64,000 bases of DNA, taken from Candidatus Hodarchaeota archaeon. Its GTDB lineage: Archaea > Asgardarchaeota > Lokiarchaeia > Sigyniarchaeales > SOKP01. The position numbers and the translations under genes were made by a program. Below, in pieces: positions 10,128-20,522 of this stretch. Numbering within the stretch: the stretch's first letter is position 1; every line of letters begins with the position of its first letter. Under the pieces are notes generated by a model. That model ran no database searches, had not been told where the DNA came from, and saw only the letters and a list, made by a program, of their open reading frames with translations. The DNA is taken from assembly GCA_048887225.1 (NCBI GenBank), contig JBHLJY010000002.1:160001-224000 (forward strand). Direction: 5' to 3'.

Positions 10128-13100
10128 ATGATATTTTATTTACCTTGGCTACCAGATTTTTCATATTTTGAGCATAAGATAAAAAGTCCATTTAATCTAG
10201 ATAAGGCTTTAGGTTTTTTAAAGCGAAAAATTAGTGATGATGAAATTTTTCAGTCAAATGAATATCTCTTCTGGATCCTTATCTTATTATCTCATATTGA
10301 TAAATTAGATTTAGTAGATGAAAAAGCAATTAAAAAATACATCTCAGGGTTAAAATATCACAAAGGTGGATATAAATTTTCAGACAAATTTGAGGAACCT
10401 GATATATGGAGTACTTTTTATTGTATAGCTAGCTTGAAATTATTAGAACTTGACGATCTTATAGAAGATGATAATATAGAATTCATTAAGAAATCTCAAA
10501 GTCTTGGATCTGGAGGTGATGGCGGATTCTTTCATTGCAGCGCTAGAAACTGTTATATTAAATGTGATAGAAAAACTTCAGTGAAATCTAGTTTTTTTGC
10601 GCTTTCAACTTTAAAATTATTAGAGAAATTAGATGAAATTGACAGAGAACAATTAATTAAGTACCTGAAGAAAAGTACTTTAAATAATATAGATTTAATT
10701 TATCAAATTTTAAGCCTAAAAATTTTAAACGCGATAGATAATAATATTTTGAAGAAAGAAATTCCAATTATTCTCTCATGGCAGAAATTAAGAAGTGGAT
10801 TTGCAATTGAAAGTAAAGTTCCTTCAATCGAAAATAATTTTTGGCCACTAATTTGTCTCGAGTTCTTAAAGAAATTAGATTTAATTGATTTTGGAGGAGT
10901 ACTAGGTTTTATAAGATCTATGGAAGAATTTAATGGTGGGTTCACAGAACAATATACCAGTCTTAGTCAAAATGTACCAAATATACGGAGTACTGCCCAA
11001 GCTCTTCTTTGTATACTTTTTGTTTGGAAAAGGCTTATTGAATTAATTGAAAATGAAATTCTTATCCAATTAAAAGACTCATCTGAAATCGACTTGACTC
11101 TTATCAGTGATAAATTTTCGATACCTGTGAAATTCGTAAAGGATATTGCAGATTGGATGATAACAAACAAATGGATTGATGGAAAAATATTTAATAGAGA
11201 AAAAAGATTTAACAGTTATTTTAATAGGCAGAATGCGATTACTCAAGAAATTATTAATGAAATTATAGGAATTTTCAAAAATAAGCCAGAACAAAAAAGA
11301 CTTAATTTAATTGAATTTAGCAAGAGTTTCGACTTTTCTAATGCATTAGAACGAGTTAAATTGGTGGTTAATGATTTAATTATTAATAAATTTTTAATAG
11401 GTAATATAACAACACAAAAAAGGGAAACTTTTCTTGATAATGTTTTAGTCCTTAGAGAATACATTCGTCTTAATAAGCCTATTACTACTTATGTTGAAAT
11501 AATGGATGAGAAAAAAAGGTTGGAAGATGCAAAAGATAATTTATTAAATTTACACACAAAATTAACCAATTTTTTACGAAAAAGCTCAGTTGAGTTAAAA
11601 ATACTTATTGATCAAGAAAAAATTTCTGATACAAAAAAGAAATTTCACGATAATTGTGAATACGTTGATACTCAAATTCAAAAATATGAGAAGTTAATAA
11701 ATCAAATTAATTCTGATCATATATTTATTAATTCTAAATTATTAAATCTCAAATTTGATAAATATTGGCCTTTCATTAACAGTTCTATAGAGAAATGCTT
11801 TTCAACATTTAAATCAGAAATAGATGAAAAAATCAAGAAAAAAGAAGAATTTATTACTGAACGGCTTGAAAAGGCTAGAAATCAAGAAGCAATAAAATCA
11901 GTAGAGAAAACTTTACATGATATTGAAATAGAATTAATTCAATATGGTGTTCAAATAAAGGATTTCTTCCAAAAGAATTATACAAATCACAAAAAAGCGC
12001 TTTCACAAATTAAAACCATATCAGATTATATTAAGAAATCAGATTCTTCATTAAGATCAAAAATTTCAAAGAAATCTAATATTATTAAATTCGATGAATT
12101 TAAAAAAGAACTCAATGAATTAAAAATCTTGTGGACGAAAAGACGTAAGGAATCAAAGAAAGTTATTCAATTTTATCAAAATATAATAAATAAACGAGAA
12201 GAATTAGAAAAATATATTGCTGATAACGTTTCCCTTCTTCAAAAATTTTCTGATGATGTAAATAAACAAATCACCAGTTTGATAAAAAAGAATGAAATAG
12301 AAGAAGCCTCCAATATTTTAAATAAAAGTATCAAGGAATTCACCGAAATGTCCTCAAATAAAAATGAAATTTTCTATGTGTCTGTAGATCAGATAAATCA
12401 AGAAATTTCTGAATTTCCAAAATTTTCTTCGGATATTAAAGCATTGTGGAATAAAAAATTAGAAGATCAGAAAAGTAAATGGGCTAATGTGACTTTAGCG
12501 TTAAAAAAAAACCTCTATTTAGGAAAGGAATCTGATAAAAAAGATGAATTGGAACAAGATTTAAAAGAGAATATCGGAGATATTAAAGATTTTGTTGAGA
12601 ATATAAAAAAAGTTACACATGAATTAATTAAAAAGAAATATATAACTGATGCTGAAAACAAAATCCGTGAAACTTATATAAAAATAACTAAAAAAATAGA
12701 TAATTACAATCAAAAATTTAAAGATTTTATTAAAACATCCACCACTGAATTTAAATCATTTAGAGAAACAGTAAAAGATTTGGTCGAAAATTGGGAAAAA
12801 GAAAAGATTAATTTAATCATACTTTTAAATAAAGCTAGAGACGAGTTGTTAAATGAGATAGAAAACACTACCTCAACTGAAAAAAAGGGAGAATTGCGTG
12901 AATTAATTAAAACTTATGTGTCTAATTTAGAAACCAATATAAATCAATTAAAATCGAGTTATAATCAATTTATTCAATCTGGAAAAAGGTTAAGCGAGTT
13001 TGAATCTAAACTGCAAGCTGAAATGTTTAAAGTAAGAGATTCTCTAAAATTAATTGATAATCAAATAAAAAATTTTATTAAAAAGGAATCTCGAATTTAT

Positions 13101-13868
13101 GAATCATTTCACGAAATAATTGAAGAAGAATTGGAATTATGGAATAATTCTAAATTATCAATAGAAAAAAATTTTGAAACAGTCATTAATCGGATTGAAG
13201 AAGATATATTCATTAATAAACTTCAATTCTTCGTCAAAGCATTCAAAGATAATAAAGTTAGCATTAATTATTTATCTAAAGTACTGAATATGAAGTTAGA
13301 ACCTTTAAAAATGAAATTAATTACTTTCATTTCAAATTCAAAGCTTAAAGGAAAATTAGATTCCAATGCTGATATGTTCATTTTAGAAGAAGAGCTTGTT
13401 CCTAAGGAATTTTCAGTTAAAGGAATAAAAGGCGAAGAGATAAAAGAAGAAATTGATCCTATCAAGCGAGATATTCTAAATTTACGCTATTTAATCGTTA
13501 TTCAAAATAAAATGGGTGCTTCAGTGTTTAATAGAAAATTAGGTGAATGGTATATGGATTCCGAACTTATTGGAGGATTTTTGACAGCTATACAAGATTT
13601 TAGTTCAGAAATAAAGCAAAAGAAAATTCCAATAAAGAGAATGGAATATAAAGATTTTGAAATTATTTTAGAACAGGGAAAGTATACTTTTGCCGCATTA
13701 TTTATTGACGGTGAAGAGACAGACTGGATCCGTAATAAATTACAGTTATTTGTAGAAGAATTTGAAAAAGTCCACGAAAAAAGCCTTAAACATTGGAGTG
13801 GTGAACTTGGGTCTTTTAGAGATTCTAGTTATTTGATTGATAAAGTCTTCGAATTATATCGTTTATGA
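10128..13868 (+). CDS. Multidomain protein: prenyltransferase-beta-like repeats, PCI-like winged helices, coiled-coil and C-terminal longin
   Basis: GGY/GGF...STFYCIASLKLL repeats; VSINYLSKVLNM...LKGKLDS PCI-like helix; DSELIGGFLTAIQDFSSEI...WSGE longin. Confidence 0.7.
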   Translation: MIFYLPWLPDFSYFEHKIKSPFNLDKALGFLKRKISDDEIFQSNEYLFWILILLSHIDKLDLVDEKAIKKYISGLKYHKGGYKFSDKFEEPDIWSTFYCIASLKLLELDDLIEDDNIEFIKKSQSLGSGGDGGFFHCSARNCYIKCDRKTSVKSSFFALSTLKLLEKLDEIDREQLIKYLKKSTLNNIDLIYQILSLKILNAIDNNILKKEIPIILSWQKLRSGFAIESKVPSIENNFWPLICLEFLKKLDLIDFGGVLGFIRSMEEFNGGFTEQYTSLSQNVPNIRSTAQALLCILFVWKRLIELIENEILIQLKDSSEIDLTLISDKFSIPVKFVKDIADWMITNKWIDGKIFNREKRFNSYFNRQNAITQEIINEIIGIFKNKPEQKRLNLIEFSKSFDFSNALERVKLVVNDLIINKFLIGNITTQKRETFLDNVLVLREYIRLNKPITTYVEIMDEKKRLEDAKDNLLNLHTKLTNFLRKSSVELKILIDQEKISDTKKKFHDNCEYVDTQIQKYEKLINQINSDHIFINSKLLNLKFDKYWPFINSSIEKCFSTFKSEIDEKIKKKEEFITERLEKARNQEAIKSVEKTLHDIEIELIQYGVQIKDFFQKNYTNHKKALSQIKTISDYIKKSDSSLRSKISKKSNIIKFDEFKKELNELKILWTKRRKESKKVIQFYQNIINKREELEKYIADNVSLLQKFSDDVNKQITSLIKKNEIEEASNILNKSIKEFTEMSSNKNEIFYVSVDQINQEISEFPKFSSDIKALWNKKLEDQKSKWANVTLALKKNLYLGKESDKKDELEQDLKENIGDIKDFVENIKKVTHELIKKKYITDAENKIRETYIKITKKIDNYNQKFKDFIKTSTTEFKSFRETVKDLVENWEKEKINLIILLNKARDELLNEIENTTSTEKKGELRELIKTYVSNLETNINQLKSSYNQFIQSGKRLSEFESKLQAEMFKVRDSLKLIDNQIKNFIKKESRIYESFHEIIEEELELWNNSKLSIEKNFETVINRIEEDIFINKLQFFVKAFKDNKVSINYLSKVLNMKLEPLKMKLITFISNSKLKGKLDSNADMFILEEELVPKEFSVKGIKGEEIKEEIDPIKRDILNLRYLIVIQNKMGASVFNRKLGEWYMDSELIGGFLTAIQDFSSEIKQKKIPIKRMEYKDFEIILEQGKYTFAALFIDGEETDWIRNKLQLFVEEFEKVHEKSLKHWSGELGSFRDSSYLIDKVFELYRL

Positions 13869-14033
13869 GGTATCCAAATTTTTAATTATTGCTTCTGTAA
13901 GAAAAACCTCAAATAAAAGATAACAAATATGTTAGTCTTTTGAGATCTTAAACTTTCTTTTATAAAGCAAAAAGGATTTATGATATTTATTATAATTGTT
14001 CTTTAAGAAAATAAGAAAATTTTGTGGAATTTC

Positions 14034-15290
14034 ATGACGATTCAGGATTTGATGAAAAAAATTGGAGAAAATGCTCGAAATGCCGCATTTTTTTTAAAAA
14101 ACGTTTCAACAACTTCAAAAAATAATGCTTTATTACGAATGGCTAATGATTTAGAAAAGCAATCAGAAAAAATAATCGAAGCTAATAAAAAAGACTTAGA
14201 ACACGCTAAAAAAATCGGATTAGAGCAAGTAAAATTAGACCGTCTTATCCTAAATTCTGATAAAATTCATAAGATCGCAGAAGGATTGAGGGAAGTTGCA
14301 GCTCAACCAGATCCAATTAATGAAATCGTATCTATGTGGAGAAGGCCAAATGGAATGGATGTAGGCTTGATTAAAGTTCCATTGGGCGTAATTGGCATTA
14401 TATATGAATCACGACCAAATGTTACTGCTGATGCAGCAGGACTATGTTTAAAAGCTGGTAATGCTATAATATTACGTGGAGGGAGTGAGGCAATAAATTC
14501 TAATCTTCTAATTGCGGATATTTTACACGGAGCAGCAGTTAAAGAAGGTCTTCCAGAAAATTGCATTCAAATTATAAGAGATACAAATAGGGAATATGTA
14601 GGGGAGATGTTGAAATTAAAAGATTACATTGATGTAATAATTCCAAGAGGCGGGGAATCCTTAATTCAGAGGGTAATTCAAAATTCAACTGTACCGACTA
14701 TAGAAACTGGCATCGGAGTAGTTAGTATTTTCGTAAATTACGATGCAGATTTTAAGATGGCTAAAAGATTAATTATTAATTCTAAATGTTCTTATCCCGT
14801 AGTATGTAATGCTTTAGATAAAATTCTCGTTCACGAGAAAATTCAAGAAAAATTTATTCCATTTATTGTTGACGCGTTAATTGAAAATGGAGTTGAAGTT
14901 CGGGGCTGTGAAACAACTCAAAAATTAGTAGCAAATGTCATTGCCGCAACTGAAAAAGATTGGAGTACAGAATACTTATCTTTAAAAGTGTGTATTCGAG
15001 TTGTTAAAGATATAGATGAAGCTATAGCCCTTATTACTAAATACGATTCAAAACACACAGAATCAATAATTACAGAGAATTACGATGAGGCAAGGAAATT
15101 TTTATATGAAATAGATGCCGCTGCTGTTTACGTGAATGCCGCCACGCGATTAACTGATGGAGGTGTCTTTGGCCTAGGCGCCGAGATTGGTATTTCAACA
15201 CAAAAGCTACATGCTAGGGGTCCTATGGGAGTTAATCAATTAACCACTACAAAATTTATCATTTACGGTAATGGACAAATTAGAGAATAA
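14034..15290 (+). CDS. proA: Gamma-glutamyl phosphate reductase
   Basis: VPLGVIGIIYESRPNVT, IIPRGG, VCNA, GAEIGISTQKLHARGPMG. Confidence 0.97.
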   Translation: MTIQDLMKKIGENARNAAFFLKNVSTTSKNNALLRMANDLEKQSEKIIEANKKDLEHAKKIGLEQVKLDRLILNSDKIHKIAEGLREVAAQPDPINEIVSMWRRPNGMDVGLIKVPLGVIGIIYESRPNVTADAAGLCLKAGNAIILRGGSEAINSNLLIADILHGAAVKEGLPENCIQIIRDTNREYVGEMLKLKDYIDVIIPRGGESLIQRVIQNSTVPTIETGIGVVSIFVNYDADFKMAKRLIINSKCSYPVVCNALDKILVHEKIQEKFIPFIVDALIENGVEVRGCETTQKLVANVIAATEKDWSTEYLSLKVCIRVVKDIDEAIALITKYDSKHTESIITENYDEARKFLYEIDAAAVYVNAATRLTDGGVFGLGAEIGISTQKLHARGPMGVNQLTTTKFIIYGNGQIRE

Positions 15291-15318
15291 AAAATATTTA
15301 ATATTAGGTTAAAATACT

Positions 15319-15978
15319 ATGCTTGAGATTTTTATTTTCTCTTTTTTAATTGCTCTAACAGGAGCTTTATCTCCCGGCCCTGTTTTAACATTTACAATTT
15401 ATAAATCTCTTAATACTGAAAGAGGCTATTTGGCTGGATTTTTTATTATATTAGGGCATGCTATATTAGAACTCGTGCTCATAACACTCCTCTTATTAGG
15501 AGCGTATTTATTTTTTCAAAATATAATAATCTTAACTGTAATAGGCGTTGTTGGAGGAATTTTTCTAGTGATATTTGGTTGTTTGGTCATAAGAGATGTT
15601 TATAAAGGGAAGTATGAAATTGATTTTTCGGTTTCCGAAGACGATATTAAAGGATTTAAAGGAAATAGTTTTCTAGGGGGTATCTATATAAGCTTATCGA
15701 ATCCTTTTTTTTTAATGTGGTGGGCAATAATCGGTTTGAGTTTTATGCTTAACTTTAATATTAATTTTGACAATCCAATAGGGCTTCTTCTCTTTTATCT
15801 TGGACATGAATTTGGTGATTTTGTATGGTATATTCCGATTTCTATTTTTGCTTATTATGGAGGGAAATCAATCAATTTAAAAGTATATAAATATGTATTG
15901 ATTGGATGTGGACTTTTTATGATTAGTTTTGGACTTTACTTAGCAATAAATATAATTGTCTTCCCTCCAAAACTTTGA
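15319..15978 (+). CDS. LysE/RhtB-family exporter
   Basis: GALSPGP, LGHAILE, SLSNPFFLMWW. Confidence 0.9.
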   Translation: MLEIFIFSFLIALTGALSPGPVLTFTIYKSLNTERGYLAGFFIILGHAILELVLITLLLLGAYLFFQNIIILTVIGVVGGIFLVIFGCLVIRDVYKGKYEIDFSVSEDDIKGFKGNSFLGGIYISLSNPFFLMWWAIIGLSFMLNFNINFDNPIGLLLFYLGHEFGDFVWYIPISIFAYYGGKSINLKVYKYVLIGCGLFMISFGLYLAINIIVFPPKL

Positions 15979-16051
15979 ATGTAATGATCGGATTGAAGGC
16001 ACCTGATTTAGCTTTATGAATAACAATAAACTCTTAAATTTATCCCTTTAA

Positions 16052-17209
16052 TTATCTTTTTCTTTTTTTAAACTCATTGATTACTTCCATGTATTCCCTA
16101 ACGGAAATAATTTTTGGATTTCTCCGAAAACTTGGTGGAATTGAGGCATCACATCGAGAACAAAGAGGCGAAGCTTTTGTCCAATCTTTAAATTCATCTG
16201 CATGAGAGGGATGTCTACAATTCGGACATAAAACAATTCCACGCCTCTGGTCAGAAAGTTGAGGAAGTTGAAAACAAAAAATACACTTAAAATCCTCTAA
16301 TGAGAGGATTCCAGCTTTTGGTTTAAGTTTTTCAAAGCTTGCGCTTACTGCAGATCTTGGCCTACGAACAATTGCTCTTGTGATACTAGTTGTAGAGGGT
16401 TTACGGGCTGTTATTCTTGAAGTAGTTGTAGTGGTTGATCTCTGTGTAGTTGTTCTTGAACTACTCTTAGTGGTAGCTGGTCGAGGTGTTGATCTTACTG
16501 GAGTGAAAGTTACACTTTCTAATCGCCTTCTTCGGCGAGCTATATAATCCTGAGAAACTTCAGGGACGACACGAGCAGACCCAAATATTGCATGTCTAAC
16601 AAATAAATATATTAAAAAAATACTAAAGGATAAAAGAATTATATCTAATTCATAAAAATAAGCACGCTCAATAACAATAAAAAAGTAATTAAGAATAACA
16701 TTAAAGTAAATTATATAAGAAAGAATTCCAATTAAAATTAAAATCGTATAAAATATAACGAATTTACGAGCATTAATAGACCTAGTGCGTATAATATATA
16801 CAATATCAAATTTTTTATAACATGCTCGAAGTGTAAATATTCCATACAGTATATAAGGTAAAGCAAAAATAATTGTCCATGGGCTAACATATAAAAATGG
16901 AACGAAATCCTCCAAGAGGTTATCACCTCCCAATCCAGTGAAATAACCCCAAAAATTAAAAAATAAACCGACCCCTAAAGGACATAATAAAAAGAAGGAG
17001 GTATTTTTGGGGGAGTTATATTCCTTATATTCTTTTCTTTTTTGAATAACTTTTATAGTAAAAACAATCCAGAGTCCAACCAACAGCCAAGAGAAGAATG
17101 CATTCAGTGATTTTAAAAAAAATACTAAATCAATTATAGCAATAGCTGAAAAAATTAATAAAATTATAGCTGTATGCTTTTTAATCAACTTTTTTAAACC
17201 ACCGTGCAT
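16052..17209 (-). CDS. Multi-pass membrane protein with C-terminal RING-like finger (putative E3)
   Basis: About 6 TMs, R/T/S-rich linker, CIFC...CPNCRHPSH...DW...CSRC; last gene of the Ubl operon. Confidence 0.7.
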   Translation of the reverse strand: MHGGLKKLIKKHTAIILLIFSAIAIIDLVFFLKSLNAFFSWLLVGLWIVFTIKVIQKRKEYKEYNSPKNTSFFLLCPLGVGLFFNFWGYFTGLGGDNLLEDFVPFLYVSPWTIIFALPYILYGIFTLRACYKKFDIVYIIRTRSINARKFVIFYTILILIGILSYIIYFNVILNYFFIVIERAYFYELDIILLSFSIFLIYLFVRHAIFGSARVVPEVSQDYIARRRRRLESVTFTPVRSTPRPATTKSSSRTTTQRSTTTTTSRITARKPSTTSITRAIVRRPRSAVSASFEKLKPKAGILSLEDFKCIFCFQLPQLSDQRRGIVLCPNCRHPSHADEFKDWTKASPLCSRCDASIPPSFRRNPKIISVREYMEVINEFKKRKR

Positions 17210-17245
17210 TTATTCATAAAAATTGAAGTTAAAACAGTTTTATGT

Positions 17246-18043
17246 TTAATCCTCGTCGTATTCAAGATATGCAGGTTTTCCTTCTATTATTGGATTCATG
17301 AATTCTAAAATCTCGGGTAGCATCTTTACGTCCAAAGCTCCTTCTATAGTATATGGGATACGAAACCATTTCTTAGTTTTCAAGTCTGCTCTAAAAATTT
17401 CAAAGCCTACAGATGTACCATCAATCTGGTAGGGATCTATTACAAGAGCAACAGCTTTGCTCCATAATTTTTGGTACCTTGATTGAGTTCCAATATCTTC
17501 TGGACTCATCCAAGTTCCATAAGAGGGGTGGGAATGATACCAACCACATATAAATAATTTTTTTTTTTTAATATCCTTAAAAGCTCTAACATAATTATTG
17601 TAATTCTTAATTTCTGCATTGATTGCACTCCCATGTCCCATAGGATACGCATCTTCTATGTGGAGCATAGGCCCGTAATTATATTCTTTTCCCGCGAGAA
17701 GTCCAATAACCTCAATCCATTGTTCTTTTGGAATCTTATGATGAGCATATTTTAAAGCATGACTAGCAATTTTAAGAATTGCTTTAACAGTGATGCTTAT
17801 AGTTTCCTTATCCTCCAATTCCGTTATTGATATAGCTTCAGTTATGGGATCTCTCGTAGATTCAATTGGAGGTGAAGTAGTTTTATTTTTAAGTCGTGTA
17901 GCAATCTCCTCTGTTAAATCATTTTCCTCAGATATTAATTCGTTAAAGATTTCTTCAAGAATTTCTCTTTTTAATTTTTCCTTGATTTTCTTTTTTAAAT
18001 CTTCTTTAATTGAATCTTCACTTGATTCGTCGTTATTGGTCAT
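17246..18043 (-). CDS. JAMM/MPN+ metalloprotease (Rpn11/CSN5-like deubiquitinase)
   Basis: EVIGLL, GWYHSHPSYGTWMSPEDI, ALVIDP. Confidence 0.93.
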   Translation of the reverse strand: MTNNDESSEDSIKEDLKKKIKEKLKREILEEIFNELISEENDLTEEIATRLKNKTTSPPIESTRDPITEAISITELEDKETISITVKAILKIASHALKYAHHKIPKEQWIEVIGLLAGKEYNYGPMLHIEDAYPMGHGSAINAEIKNYNNYVRAFKDIKKKKLFICGWYHSHPSYGTWMSPEDIGTQSRYQKLWSKAVALVIDPYQIDGTSVGFEIFRADLKTKKWFRIPYTIEGALDVKMLPEILEFMNPIIEGKPAYLEYDED

Positions 18044-18062
18044 TTAGTAGTCCTCTTTTAAA

Positions 18063-18590
18063 TTACCATTTCTTATTAGCATATTTTTTGACTAAAAACT
18101 TTACTTTTTTTTCAAATTTTTTAGGATCTCCCATTGCCTCCAGCGCAGCTTTTTTATTAAACACATCAGTAGGATTAAAATATTTCCCTCGAGTATTTAA
18201 CATTGCTGTTATTGCCTGTATTACTGTTGTAATAGTTTTTGAAGGAGACCAACCACCCTTCTTTCCTACATAGTTCGGATCTACAAGAGCAAGACAAATA
18301 TTTCTTTGACCAGGGTATTCGTGAGGTTTTGCCCAAAAATTTGGATGCCATATTGCTGTATGTAAACGTACATAAGGAGGATGATGTGGATAATTAGGAG
18401 GATATTTAATCTCAAGTTTAAACAAACCACCTTGATAAACTGTACTTTTAGGACCTTTTAATGTAACTGCAACATGATCTATACTTTTTTTTTTAGGATC
18501 GAATGGTTTCAATTGCGTAATTACACCACTTTTTAACATTTTTTTCAGAGCTGCAAAATCTTGCGAAATTCTTGTGCTTCTCAGACTCAT
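18063..18590 (-). CDS. E2 ubiquitin-conjugating enzyme
   Basis: GPKSTVYQGGLF, YPPNYPHHPP, WHPN...ICL, WSPS. Confidence 0.95.
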   Translation of the reverse strand: MSLRSTRISQDFAALKKMLKSGVITQLKPFDPKKKSIDHVAVTLKGPKSTVYQGGLFKLEIKYPPNYPHHPPYVRLHTAIWHPNFWAKPHEYPGQRNICLALVDPNYVGKKGGWSPSKTITTVIQAITAMLNTRGKYFNPTDVFNKKAALEAMGDPKKFEKKVKFLVKKYANKKW

Positions 18591-18664
18591 ACTATTCTCA
18601 TACTCTTAAAAATTTTCAATTATAATGTGACTATATTATAATAATAATCGTTTAAATTCTTAAT

Positions 18665-19891
18665 CTAGAGGATTTTTAAATTTATAAAAATTTCACCACC
18701 TTCAAATCCAACTGCCGTAATCAATTCATCGTTTCTCAATTGATTTTGAATAGGTGTAAGATTAAGATCTATTTCATTTATATTCTCAAAATCCATTATT
18801 GTCAATGTTGGTTCTAAATCAGGATTCTTTACGAATCCCATTTTCATCAACGAATAGATAATATCCTCGCAACGTTCATTCTGAGAAATTTCTAAATTAA
18901 TCCGTTTAACATTATCGCCACACTGCAAACAATCTGGATTTCTTTTCTTTTCTATTGGATAAAATTTTAATGTCATCGCATTAAAAATTACATATGATTT
19001 GACTGGCTCTCCTAAGGCTTTATTTCCTTTTAACCAATGTAAAATTTTAATAGTTTCGTGTGATTGAATTGCTGATATCAGAGCGTTAATAGTAATAATA
19101 GCCGGCTCATGGAAATCGATTATTTTTATTATTTCATCTTTTGTAAAAAGTGGTAGAAAATTATGTTTTGTCGCAAGATCATTTGCATAATTTTGAATAA
19201 AATTAACATGTTTAATATTCTTGGGATCTGGATCTTGCTCATCGTTTTCTTCCTTAAAAGCCATATTTCCTTTAAAAATGCAATGAATTCTTTTTCTTGG
19301 AACTCCAACTACCGTACATGCCGCCATATCGTCCATCTCACCAACAGGAAGGGGGTTACATTCATAACAAGCGTTTTTATACGGAAAAACTGTGTATACA
19401 TGACCGTGATATCCCGCAACACCTCCATCGATAAGAGGTTTTTTAAATCGAATTGATTGAGCGTTCAAATTTAACCTAGCATTCATTGAATCTAATCCTC
19501 CAATAATGACATCAGCAGCTTTATATATTGCTGGATCAAGCCTTTCAAGTGAAGTATGGTATCCTTTAACTTTGATATTTGGATTTATTTTTTGCAACTT
19601 GGTAGCAGCCACAGTGGACTTTGGTTCACCCATTACTGCGTCGGCAAAAAGAATTTGCCTATTTAAATTTGAGTGTTCTATTATGTCTAAATCAACTAAA
19701 TCAAGATGGCCAACACCTAACATCGCCAAATTCTTAGCAATTTCACATCCAAGACCACCTACACCGGCAATCAAAACTCGAGAATTTTTAACTAATTTCT
19801 GAGACCATCCTTCAAGACGAAATTGTCTATCGTATAAGTCTCTTTCTTCCGCTGTGAGTTCTTTGCTAAAAAAATCTGAATCTCTTTCCAA
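18665..19891 (-). CDS. E1 activating enzyme (Uba2/Uba3-like)
   Basis: YDRQ, GVGGLGCE, DLDIIEHSNLNRQ, CYEC, catalytic-site-like AACT, HCI, CLQC. Confidence 0.95.
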   Translation of the reverse strand: MERDSDFFSKELTAEERDLYDRQFRLEGWSQKLVKNSRVLIAGVGGLGCEIAKNLAMLGVGHLDLVDLDIIEHSNLNRQILFADAVMGEPKSTVAATKLQKINPNIKVKGYHTSLERLDPAIYKAADVIIGGLDSMNARLNLNAQSIRFKKPLIDGGVAGYHGHVYTVFPYKNACYECNPLPVGEMDDMAACTVVGVPRKRIHCIFKGNMAFKEENDEQDPDPKNIKHVNFIQNYANDLATKHNFLPLFTKDEIIKIIDFHEPAIITINALISAIQSHETIKILHWLKGNKALGEPVKSYVIFNAMTLKFYPIEKKRNPDCLQCGDNVKRINLEISQNERCEDIIYSLMKMGFVKNPDLEPTLTIMDFENINEIDLNLTPIQNQLRNDELITAVGFEGGEIFINLKIL

Positions 19892-19983
19892 TTTTCACAC
19901 CTATTAAATATACTGATACTTTATAAAAAATCTACTATTAAATATTAAAAAAATTAAAAAAAAAAAACAAATTAATTAAATGT

Positions 19984-20331
19984 TTACCCAGCGGTGCTTG
20001 CAGGAATAAGCAAAACCTCATCTCCATCGTCGACACTATATTGGTTTAAAGGTGCATTTTCTTCCATTGTTACACCTCCAGAAGATAGGTGAAAATCGTT
20101 TGGATCTAACCCAAAAATATTCCCAACTGTTTGTTTGATTGCGCTTACTGGATTAGCATCGTCAACAAGTAATTTTTGTCTTTTTTCACCAGGACCAATT
20201 GTTGATAAAAAAAAGAGGTTTATTTTTCTTCCTCCTGCCTCGACGGCAGCAGCAGGAGTTTTAGATTTCATTGGAGATTTCTCTTCAGGCTCTTCTTCTA
20301 AATCCTCATCAAATTCGTCTTCAAAACCCAT
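19984..20331 (-). CDS. Ubiquitin-like protein with acidic N-terminal extension, ending STAG
   Basis: Beta-grasp pattern (PVSAIKQTV...FHLSSGG...LNQYSVDDGDEVLLI); terminal Gly; heads the E1-E2-JAMM operon. Confidence 0.85.
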   Translation of the reverse strand: MGFEDEFDEDLEEEPEEKSPMKSKTPAAAVEAGGRKINLFFLSTIGPGEKRQKLLVDDANPVSAIKQTVGNIFGLDPNDFHLSSGGVTMEENAPLNQYSVDDGDEVLLIPASTAG

Positions 20332-20522
20332 AATTATCAAGCTCCATATTTTTCAAAATTATTATATATAAAATTAATTATTTGCCTTAAGTATTTAATT
20401 ATTTTCTTTCAATAATTTATTAGAAAAGAATTTAGTTAAAATTTTTATATATTTTTTATAGAATAATAATATATGGAAGGTAATTATTTAATTAATCAAA
20501 TTAATTTGTTAGAGTTAATAAA

